From: Felis catus
Taxonomy: Eukaryota
Length of the DNA: 64,000 nt
Direction: 5' to 3'
NCBI RefSeq assembly: GCF_018350175.1
Contig: NC_058368.1
Location: 122,824,001 to 122,888,000, forward strand
Each line of letters starts with the position of its first letter. The stretch's first letter is position 1. A program made the translations under genes and the position numbers. The notes below the pieces were generated by a model that made no database searches, was not told the DNA's origin, and saw only the letters and a program-made list of their open reading frames with translations. Of this stretch, positions 53,676 to 64,000 are shown in pieces.

Positions 53676-53720
53676 CTTCTTCTTCTTCTTCTCCTTCTTC
53701 TCCTTCTTCTCCTTCTCCTT
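53619..53720. repeat. Compound (CTA)9(CTT)15(CTCCTT/CTT)n microsatellite in a SINE tail
   Basis: CTA 53619-53645, CTT 53646-53690, mixed CTC/CTT to ~53718. Confidence 0.97.
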
Positions 53721-54520
53721 CTCCTTCTCCTTCTTCTTTTAATTAATTTATTTAGAAAGAGAGAGAGGGAGCAGGAGAGGGGCCGAAAGAGGGAAAGAGA
53801 ATCCCAAGCAGGCTCCATACTGTCAGCACAAAGCCCAGGGCAAGGCTGGAACTCATGAACCATGAGATATGACCTGAGCCAAAACCAAGAGTCGGTCACT
53901 TAACCAACTGAGCCACCCAGGTGCCCCTGAAACTTCTTAAAAGCATAAAGTTGAACAAAATCCACAAGGCCTGCACGATGCTTCAGTGAAGCTGGATTTT
54001 TTTTTTTTTAACGTTTATTTATTTTTGACAGAGAGAGACAGAGACAGAAACAGAGCATGAGCACGGGAGGGGCAGAGACAGAGGGAGACACAGAATCCGA
54101 GGCAGGTTCTAGGGTCCGAGCTGTCAGCACAGAGCCCAACGCGAGGCTCGAACTCACAGACCTCGAGATCATGACCTGAGCCAAAGTCGGATGCTCAACC
54201 GACTGAGCCACCCAGGCACCCCCAGTGAAGCTGGATTTTAAACTAAATAACCTTTCTCCTTTCTACTGCAAACCTCCTCTCCTCCTTTTTTTTTTTTTTT
54301 TTTTTTTGTTGTTTATTATTTTTGATATATAGAGAGAGCGCAAGCGGGGAAGGGGCAGAAAGACGGGAACGGAGGATGCAAAGCGGACTTTCCACTGACA
54401 ACAGAGAGCCCGATTCGCAAAGCCGAGCTCGCGAAGCAGAGCTCGAACTCGCTCAAATTCAGGAACCGAGATCATGACCTGAGATGAAGCCAGCTGCTTA
54501 ACTGAGACACCCAGGCGCCC
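53720..54520 (-). mobile_element. Cluster of three same-orientation CanSINEs (53720-53927, 53997-54222, 54286-54520)
   Basis: Three reverse-complement heads; TSDs cagtgaagctggatttt (second) and ctctcctcc (third). Confidence 0.93.
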
Positions 54521-54791
54521 CTCTCCTCCCTTATTAGCCTTTTGTTTCGGAACCAGCGCCACACTGAGGCTGACAGCACCTACACAATTCCTGTCAGAAC
54601 TGGCTAGATCCTCTATTTCCCTCTCAAGCCCCCCAGTTCCTTTCCCAGACGTGCAGTTTTTGAAGGCCTGAGTCTGCTGCAGCGTCCTTTGCCCCGCAAA
54701 GCAACAAAGCTATCGGTCCTCTTTATACCCAAACTCTGTCTTTAGGTTGCATATTTAGGATCCAGAGCACAAAAGTCAGGTTTTGACAACA
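54225..54791 (+). mobile_element. ERV1-type LTR remnant interrupted by SINEs (may begin near 53590)
   Basis: 3' end gcaaagcaacaaagcta...cccaaactctgtct...ggttttgacaaca resembles carnivore ERV1 LTR R/U5 ends and terminates in CA. Confidence 0.6.
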
Positions 54792-56246
54792 AATGATGAA
54801 ACTAACTCATCTGATGTTAAGATGTCAAGTCTGGTGTTCTGACTGATAACACAAAGCTATAATTTACCATTCTCTTGATACCATAATAACTAATTTTCTC
54901 AAAGAATTGTCTGCTTTAAAAAAATTAAAGGTAGCCAATGGTTACATCTCATTTTCATTTCCATCCTCTTTCTTTCCCCCACAACCCAGGAGAGATTACA
55001 CTACTTTTACATGCTTATAGCTACACAGCCTGAGCAAAGCCTTTCTGGGAAAGGAAAAACAGTATGTGATCAATTACATTTTGAATTTTGAAAAATTTAA
55101 CCACAAATTACTATTACGGTAATGAATATAAAGGAAATAGTGGGGAATCCTTTTTATTTTATTTTTTTTATTTCATTTTATTTTAATAGTGAGAATTTTA
55201 GAATATAATCCATAACTTGAGCATTTCAATAGGGTTGGTCTTTCTAAGCTACTTGGCTTTTATACCCTGTTACTCTCAATTTAATATCAGACTTAGAGGA
55301 AAACAATATCACACATCAACAAGATGATATCATACATCATCAGACACACAAAGCCAGACATATGTGCATGTTGTAAATACGTTGATTTACATAGCATTTA
55401 GTATCCTAGCAAAACATTTTATAAAGTAGCATAAAATACTATGATTTTAATACTCACCTTCTGGCTTACATAAATCTTTAGAAAACAAAATAGTTACATT
55501 TCTGCACTGAGAGAAGATTTCATCTTTAGAAAATAAAATTAATTAAAGTGAATAAATTCATAGCCTCCCACATATGTTAACTAGAATATGGAGACAATGT
55601 AGAATAAAAAAATAAGAAACATTTGTGCAATTAAAAAAATTATTCAAACAGGGTAGGGGAAGAGTCTAATTACAATGACTTTGTACATTCTGGGTGGTAC
55701 ATTCTGTTCCAATTCCCTATTTGGGTTATTAACACCAATTTTGGGCAATGCCATGGGATGAAGTCTGGCCACTATTTTCAAAAAAAGAACTCTTCTCTCA
55801 CTGCTGGGTGTTCGATTATAGACAATTTTTAAAAACAGGAAATCACTGATCCAAATATAGTAACGAGTTAATATTCCTTCTTAATATTCACAAGATGATT
55901 CTCTCTTACTCTTCTACGCCTTTTGACAGTTATTTTTAGTAATTATAGCTCTGCCTGTGTCTCATTCATTATGCAGTCTGTAGAAGCCATCATTACACAT
56001 TACAGGAAAGAACAGCAGCACATGGCTTAAAAAGTACTCACTCGATCTATTAGCGATCACTACACAGTTGTGTCTTCGTGGTAGCCCGGGGATAATAATC
56101 CCAAACACCATAACTCTTTAAAAAATATAATGCATGGTCTAAAACCCAAAAGAAGAAACACATAACATATCTGGGAGATACTCCGATAAAATGATCTTAT
56201 AATTTCCTACTACCTGCAGGAAGGCATTTTTACATCTCCAAAGCAG

Positions 56247-56707
56247 TTTTTTTTTTTTAATTAAAAAAAATTTTTTTTTAATTTTTTTTTTTAACGTTTA
56301 TTTATTTTTGGGACAGAGAGAGACAGAGCATGAACGGGGAAGGGGCAGAGAGAGAGGGAGACACAGAATCGGAAACAGGCTCCAGGCTCCGAGCCATCAG
56401 CCCAGAGCCTGACGCGGGGCTCGAACTCACGGACCGCGAGATCGTGACCTGGCTGAAGTCGGACGCTTAACCGACTGCGCCACCCAGGCGCCCCTAAAAA
56501 AATTTTTTTAACGTGTATTCATTTTCTGATAGAGACAGAGCGTGGGTGGGGGAGGGGCAGAGAGAGAGGGAGACATAGAATCCAAAGCAAGCTCTGGGCT
56601 CTGAACTGACAGCATAGAGCCTGATTCAGGGCTTAGACTCAAGGATCATGAGATCATGACCTGAGCCGAAGTTGGACACTTAACCAACTGAGCCACCCAG
56701 GCACCCC
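56247..56707 (-). mobile_element. Very young CanSINE (to 56494) inserted in the tail of an older CanSINE (56503-56707)
   Basis: Outer TSD ctccaaagcagttt/ctccaaaggagttt; inner taaaaaaattttttt duplicated. Confidence 0.94.
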
Positions 56708-57581
56708 TCCAAAGGAGTTTTAATCAACTCCTCAATTCAATATCTAGAAAATGCTATTTGTTATAAAGAAGAACAATTCACTTCACCCTCTACTTAATTG
56801 AAGTCTTATTCTGTGGCAGCACACTGTAAGATAATGCGGTTACGAGAACAAATAAGAAGTTAATTAAATAAACTATTCCTTTATTCATAATTCTACACTT
56901 TTTTTTAAACCTTACTATTACCAAGCATTGAGCTATGTCCTGAGAATACACGACACCTGACCTCAGCTCCGTTTTTCATTCTAGAGTGTTTACAACGCAA
57001 GAAGTTTTGTTTCACCATCTAATGTGGCACATACTCATAAATGAAGGCCCAGGTAAACATGCCAAACATACATTTTCTAACACCATTATTTTTGTCATCT
57101 TCCTCTCGTTCGTTATCACACCTGCATCTTGATGTAGTGAGACAAGGTGTCCTACACCAGTATCTTTTTATATCTTTCTTGCTCTTCAACAAAAAAAAAA
57201 AAAGGAAAGAAAGAAAAAGAAAAACATCTAATGTATTTTGCACTTATTGTGTGCCAGACATTGGGCTAAGTGCTTTATAGGGTTTGAATCTTTAAATTCA
57301 TCTAAAAACTCTATCAGGTAACAACTATTATCATTTTAATGTAATGAGAAGAAATTGAGGTTCAGAGTGATTTACTAAATCCCGTGGGTTAACCAGGCTA
57401 TTAAGAGGCTCAGCTCAAACTCAAACGCAGGTCTGTTATATAGGATGGTGATACAAAGGGAAGATCTTCCCATATCGACACCTTCTGTATAAAGTCTTCC
57501 CAAGTTGGGGCAGTTTGAGCTGATTTTCAAAAGAGTTGGATCAGTAATTCTCTTTTCCTTTTCAATCACTGCTCAGATGAA

Positions 57582-57668
57582 CAGATAGATGGGTAAATAA
57601 GTAGGTAGAGGTAGATGAGATAGATGGATATTAGATGATAGATGATAGGTAGGTAGATAGATAGATAA
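57582..57668. repeat. Degenerate (GATA/GGTA)n repeat
   Basis: agatagat...gatagatgataggtaggtagatagatagata. Confidence 0.85.
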
Positions 57669-60600
57669 TGTACTTGTCCCTGAATTAAAAATTGGCCAAC
57701 ATCACTTTTAGTCGGAGATGTGTCCAACGTATGTAACCCCTCCATGTTGTTTTTCCCATCTATAAAGTCTTAATTCCACCCTTGCCTAGTTTACGTCCTC
57801 ACTTTCAAGAGGATAAAATGAAGCTGTTTGAGCCAGCACTCTGGACATAGGAAGAAGATGCTCAAGCATCATCAATAAAAACGAGGGGGAGTGGGGAAAA
57901 TGAAGGACAGAAAAACTGTCAAGCCTGATATCTCTGAAGTGTTATAATTTCAAAAGGCTAAGGCAGGGTTAGATGCTGTCAAATAAAAAGCTTTGTTCTG
58001 TGAAATATTTATTCCCGGAAAACCTTTCAGCAGAGTAAACACAAGATTCTGTCTTTAAAGAGGAAGCGAAAAAATTGTAGGAAGTGATGGAGTGTGGTGG
58101 TTAGGGAAGCAGACTTCCATGTCAACTGTGCCTCCCTTCAAAGGGATTGGCCATTTCATTATCTACAGGACTGGGAAAGTTGTGTAAGTTCTCAAAGCCT
58201 CACTATCCTTTCTATTGCACAGAATAATAACAACTACCTGAAAATATGGTTGCAAAAACTAAATGCAAATAATGTATGCAAGGGCTTGGTCTTGTGTCAG
58301 GCACTTGTGTCTGGCACCTAGAAAATGCTCAATAAATGGTCTCAGCAATGCAGTACGTTGGATGATTTCCTACCACAGTAGTCATACTGTTTTGTTTTGT
58401 TTTGTTTTTTTCACTGTGGGCCAAACCTGAGTGATTTCAGGCCATTTAAGGTGAATCAAGAACTCAAGCAGACAGAAGGGCTAGAACAATCGTGGCAAGT
58501 TTGTCAGACTGGAACAAAGTAAATGAGCAAGGAATGAGGGAGAATGTCCCAGGCCAGATGCACAGAGGCTGTGTGATTCGGGAACAAGAATCATTCAATT
58601 CCATTTCAAATGAACTAGGGAAGAGAGGTCATGAGGACAACGAAGATCTAGTTTGACAATAAAAGGCATTGCTTGGAATCTTCAGGAAAAGAAATCCTTA
58701 AGATGAAAGAAACCCTTTTGGGGATGTAAGACTATGTAAGCTTCTGAGTGAAGGAATGGGAATACTCCATTTTGTTCAGGACAGACTTGCTTAAACCTGC
58801 TTTCCTGGTGTAATTATTCACGGTGCTCTGAAAGGGTCCAGGTCCAGGCAGTTATACACAATCCCCTACTCATGAGACCTGACAATAAAGGGGGACTCCT
58901 TGGAGGATTCCGATGAGGTTTTCATGGGAGTGAGAGCAACAGATCCTCAAATAATGTGCTGAATGATTCAGAGGTTTTGCACTGTCTCTTAAATTCATGG
59001 TTATGTTTACCCAAGAAAAAGCCTCATATTTAGAGTCCCAGAGAACACAGCAATGCTCACCTCTTTTTTTTAATCTAGATTATTTTCCTCCAAGATAATC
59101 GCAACAATAATTTTGAAAAATAGGTCACCTAGATTTCAAAACTATTTTGTTTCAAGCCATCTGGGGCTGAGGATGAATCTGAAATTAGCTGTTCTTGGTA
59201 GCATGGCAGAAACCCGACATAACACATTTATTTGCACATCTGCCAGCATTGCAGCATTGTTCTGGGTATTTGATATTCAGAAGATGTATCAAGAATTTGA
59301 ACCTTGGAGAAACAAACTACTCAGCATTTCAATTAGGATCCGTGTGTTGTGCATACAAAGCATCACCACAGAGAATCTTGGAACATGTAATACGTGGGCT
59401 TTTAAAACTAAATGTTGCCGAGCTTTGCAAGTGAAATTATATTCTGTACGGGTGATCTCTTCCTCTGTCCCTGAGTAGTTGTTCTAAGAAAGATGGTTAA
59501 TATAGACTCCTGATCTGCATCTCCAAACCCCTACCACCTTAGGTTTCCAGTCCATGCTTAGTGAATTATTCTCAACCCATAATTGACTATATATAAAGCT
59601 TTGATTAAATGGCATCTAAGAAAGCAGGTCATGTGACTCCATGTATTTCCCATAACACCCCACATAACTATAAAAAAGATTAGTAGCTTCATTTGGAATT
59701 GTTGCTGTTTGGGGGCCCTTCCCCCGCCTTGCTGGAATATTTCTTAATGTTCTCTTTCACTGTGTGCTTGTGGGGCCTCCAGTGTTGTAGTCACAGCTGC
59801 TATTATCAAAACAGAAAAAAAGAGATGGCTCCATCTCTTGTAAGAAGTGGAGTGTGCTAGAATTTAAATATGGCAATTTCTCCCCATCTGACTTGATAGT
59901 GGATAAAACAGTGGAAAAAACAGGGCTTATTGGGATCGTTCAGATGATAATAATTATAATGAGGGATACTACTACTACTGTAATAATAATAACAACAGTA
60001 ACAAATGTATAAGGAACATTTTCTAGGTGCTGAACGACTTGCCTGCATCACGTCATTAATTCTTACAAACCTGATGCAGTAAGTACTGTCATTTCTATTG
60101 TTTGAGTTAGGCAATAGGCTCACAGAGGTTTAACAGCTTGCCTGGTATCACACAAGTGCTACCTTTTCATGAGATCAGGATTTAAGCCCAGATCTGTCTG
60201 ACCTTTGAATCTGCTCTTAATCTCATCCTATGATATTTCTTTTTCACAGTATGAAGTTCTGAATGCCTAACACCATCCTGCCATATGATCTTATGGTGTT
60301 ATATCAGAATTTTTTTTGTCTTTGTGACACCTTTAAGGAAATATCTAAAATTAAAATCTTTATGATGCTTATAGAATTTAAAATTGCTAGAGATTACCTG
60401 TGCAAAACTGTTACTCACAATTAAATCATGGTCTGAGTGAGAATATTTTTAATTCATGAAACTTTGAGGTTCTTAAGGGGAGAGACAGTATCAATTATTT
60501 TATCCTCATTGATGACCATAAAGTTGACAGGTAATTGTCACCAAGTAACGTTTATTTGAATACATGTGAATGTAAAGGAAAAAAAAAACAACACTTATTC

Positions 60601-61826
60601 ATGATAACATCATTCCCTTTAGTTGTGAGAGCAGTTCAGACAAGAACGGAAATGGGCAGCGTCACCCAAGCTGGGCTCTGTGTTTGACAAGGGAGCAAGG
60701 AACAAAGAAGAATGTGTGTTTTTACAGTTATGCTGTTCCAGCACTACCTCATCTTTGCCTTTTCTTATTATTATCCTTTTGTACTGGTATTTTCCATCCT
60801 GCTCTCTACGCCCTTTGTTTTCCTGCTTATTCTTGATAGAACTTTCCATCCTTGCATTTGCCACTGCTGTTTCAGCACCTTTGTAGGTAAGGTTATTGAC
60901 AAAACAGATTGCTTTCCAAGAAGAACAACAGAAATTGATTTGGGGGCAAGATTTACAAACTACATGCAGATTATAACAAACTGCTAATAAACTGCTTGCT
61001 GTATATGAGTGTGAACAGAGTGTGATTTATCCTCTGTGTAAAGGGAGGAGGTATAAGGGGGGCACTGAGGGCTCTTGCAGACATGTCATATGAGGAGGAA
61101 ATGCTCTGCTACAAGCAAGAGAGCTAACTCTCTCCTGCTAGTTTTGCAAGGTCCCATGAAGAGGGTAAGAGTGGAATCCCTTGAAAATGTATTCTTGTGG
61201 ATCTTTATATGCCCGGGTCAGTACCCAAAAGATCCTTGCTATTCAGTTGTCCCTATTTCAGTGTGTTTCCCTCCTGCTCACCTTGGCCAAATTACTATAA
61301 CTGTCTTAGTTCCCTTGTCTAAAAAAAGCGGGGGGTGCAAAACTCCTATCAACTTTCAGAGTATGAAAGTGATTTTCAAGCAATGGAGCCCACTTCAAAT
61401 GTTGCTTGCTATAACTACAGGTATCATCTTCTGAATGTTTTCACCAACTGAATTCTCATGTTTGCTCCTGATTAGCCTTAGTTAATAAATGGCCATCTTG
61501 AAACTATTAGTCAGTCATGATACTAAATGTTTTTAGCTATTGTACTTTCTAGCAAACATTGCTATTGGTAATTCATTAATCACTTCTATGAAATAATAAA
61601 TTCAGCACAGTGGACTAGAATGAGCTTTGATTTAGAAGTCAGGAGTTGATAATTCTACTCTCAGTTTGGAGTCGAACTTACTACCACTCTGGGCAAGTCA
61701 TTGTCCTCTTGAGCCTTAGGGCAAATTAAATCAGGCAATTACTATAAATAAATGCTCTTTCCTATCACTCATTCCACAAGCTGGCTTAAGAAAGGAATAT
61801 AGTAAACTGTTTCTCACCTACAAGTC

Positions 61827-62795
61827 TCAAGACACATAGATCAATGGATCAGAATACAGACCCCAGAAGTAAATCCACATTTATATTGTCAGTTGATTTG
61901 TGACAAAAGAGGAAAGAATATGCAATGGGGAAAAGACAATCTATTCAATAAAGAGGGCTGGTCAGCTACATGTAAAACTGGTCAGCTACATGTAAAAGGA
62001 TGAAAATGGACCACTTTCTAATACCATATGCAAAAATAAACTCAAAACAGATAAAAGACCTAAATGTGAAACCTGAAACCATAAAAATCCTATTAGAGAG
62101 CACAGGCAGTAATGTCTCTGACATCAACCACACCAACATTTTTCAAGATATGTCTACTAAGGCAAGAGAAACAAGAACAAAAGTAAACTATTGGGCAACA
62201 TCAAAATTAAAAGCTTTTGCACAGTGAAGAGAACCAAAAGACAATATACTAAATGGGAAAAGATATTTGTAAATGACATACCCAAAATATATAAAGAGCT
62301 TACACAATTCAACACCGAAACCCCAAGCAATCCAATTAAAAAATGACGAGAGCCTGGATAGACATTTTTCCAGAGAAGACATACAGATAGCCAACAGACA
62401 CATGAAAAGATGCTTAAAATCATTAATTATAAGGAAAATGCAAATCAAACCCACAATGAGTTATCACCTCACACCTGTTAGATTGGCTAAAATCAAGAAG
62501 ACAAAAAACAACAAATATTGGTAAAGATGTGGAAAAAAGGAATCCTCGTGCACTAATGATGAGAATGTAAATTGGCACAGCCACTCTGGAAAACAGTATG
62601 GAAGTTCCTTAAAAACTTAAAAATAGAAATATTATATGATCCAATAATTCCACTATTGGGTATATAGCCAGGGAAAATGAAAACATTAATTCAAAAAGAT
62701 ATATGTGCCCCCATATTTATTGCAGCGTTATCAACAATAGTCAAGACATGGAAGCAACCTAAAGGTCCATCAATAGATGAATAGATAAGGAAAAT

Positions 62796-62838
<43 letters not shown>

Positions 62839-63330
62839 AATATTACATAGCTATAACAAGGATGAAATCGTGCCATTTGAGGCAACATGAACGGGACTAG
62901 AAGCTACTATGCTAAGTGAAATAAGTCAGACTAAAAAAGACAGATACCATATGATTCCCTTCATAAATGGGATCTAAAAAAATGAACAAACAAACAAAAA
63001 GCAGAATCAGAACCATAAATACAGAAAACAAATTGACAGTTGCCAGAAGGGAGGGAAGGAGTGGAGTTCGGGCAAAATGGGAGAAGGGGAGAAGGCGATC
63101 CAGGCCTCCAGTGATGGAATGAGTAAGTCATGGGAATAAAAAGCAGAACATAAGGAATAGAGTCAGTAATACTATAATAGAGATGTAATGGGACAGACAG
63201 TAGGTATACTTTTGGTGAACATAGCATAATGTAAAAATCTGTCAAATCACTAAGGTGTACATCTGAAATTAATGTAACACTGGGTGTCAACTATATTCAA
63301 GAATAATAATAAATCAAATAATAAAATAAT
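61827..63330 (+). mobile_element. 5'-truncated carnivore L1 (decayed ORF2 C-terminus, 3'UTR, A-rich tail) with internal (TA)n at 62799-62836
   Basis: ORF-track peptides MKMDHFLIPYAKINSKQIKDLNVKPETIKILLES and [49 protein letters not shown] are L1 ORF2p C-terminal sequence. 20-bp tandem duplication ctggtcagctacatgtaaaa at 61958-61997. Confidence 0.95.
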
Positions 63331-63809
63331 CGGAGGGAAAAAAAGAATTGGGTTTTCTAGTTCATTTAACTTCCTAAATAATTAAAAGTGAATTTTTGTT
63401 TCAATCATTGCCAAGAACATTTGAGAAAGATTAATCCATTTGTTTTATAAAACATTAGCTACTAAGGAATATTTTAGAGTTCATTTTATCAAAACTCTGG
63501 ATTTTGAAGATTTCTGATATTGAGTATTTATAGATATCTTTCACACATATTTTGTGTGAGCCCTATATTGTTTCAATGTTAAAATACTGGGAATATTCAG
63601 GTAACTGGTAGCAGTTTAGGAAATTTAAGGTTAATACTTCACACATACTCCATACTGAGTATTATTGTTTCCCAACTGAGTTCCCAAGGGAAAAGAGTTT
63701 CCTAGAAGAGACACTTCATGTGATAGGGAGAGATTTGTAGTGTCCCAAGTTACTATTATTACATGAGATAAATGATTTGTAAGACTAAGTGATCACATAC
63801 CTCTTTTAC

Positions 63810-63861
63810 TACAGAGAAGTAGTACAGAAGTAGTTCAGAAGTAGTACAGAAGAAGTACAGA
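63810..63861. repeat. 11-bp minisatellite (acagaagtagt), ~4 copies
   Basis: gaagtagtaca gaagtagttca gaagtagtaca gaagaagtaca. Confidence 0.85.
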
Positions 63862-64000
63862 TGGGCATTTGTCCTTATAGGTAAGTTATTTGCTGACTGT
63901 CTATCTGACGTCAGACCCAGTAATCTCCACTAAAGAACATAAATTTAGAGAAAAAAGCCAAAATATTTCCAGAAATATTTATTGTAAGAGAAATTTTGCA

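Noticed and set aside
53506..53899. Poly-R/S, poly-L and poly-Y/F ORFs
   Set aside because: Translations of the trinucleotide microsatellite plus SINE sequence.
55451..55520. Possible 49-nt minus-strand UTR exon (tcttctctcag| ... AAG|GTGAGT)
   Set aside because: About one such donor is expected by chance in 64 kb and there is no other support without transcript data.
61601..61618. REST/NRSE-like TTCAGCACAGTGGACTAG
   Set aside because: Mismatches at conserved positions in both half-sites, and it lies at the start of a MIR-like segment.
63810..63861. Short regular repeats as a CRISPR-like array (also 3615-3684)
   Set aside because: No unique spacers, and the context is mammalian; these are simple tandem duplications.

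Overview
Eukaryotic, AT-rich, repeat-dense mammalian DNA. The tRNA-derived CanSINEs are of feline type, so the source is most likely a felid such as the domestic cat. The window lies inside JAKMIP2 (Janus kinase and microtubule interacting protein 2), transcribed on the minus strand. Only one exon is supported: 11128->10853, with 147 nt of 5'UTR and 129 nt coding for [43 protein letters not shown]. Positions 11129-64000 are the upstream intron and 1-10852 the downstream intron. The rest is about 35 CanSINEs, L1/L2/MIR fragments, LTRs, hAT-Charlie MITEs and microsatellites. Apart from L1-derived frames, the other ORF-track entries look spurious. I found no convincing new biological system. The best leads are two tandem uORFs in the JAKMIP2 leader, a young CpG-rich solo LTR with intact termini and TSD, an L1 that keeps its 5' end but lacks its 3' end, a twin-primed L1, a sense-strand (GAA)15 tract in a SINE tail, an AT-rich palindrome cluster and several repeat insertions at the same site. 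Repeat family names come from recalled consensus sequences, not a database search, and their boundaries are approximate unless a TSD is quoted.
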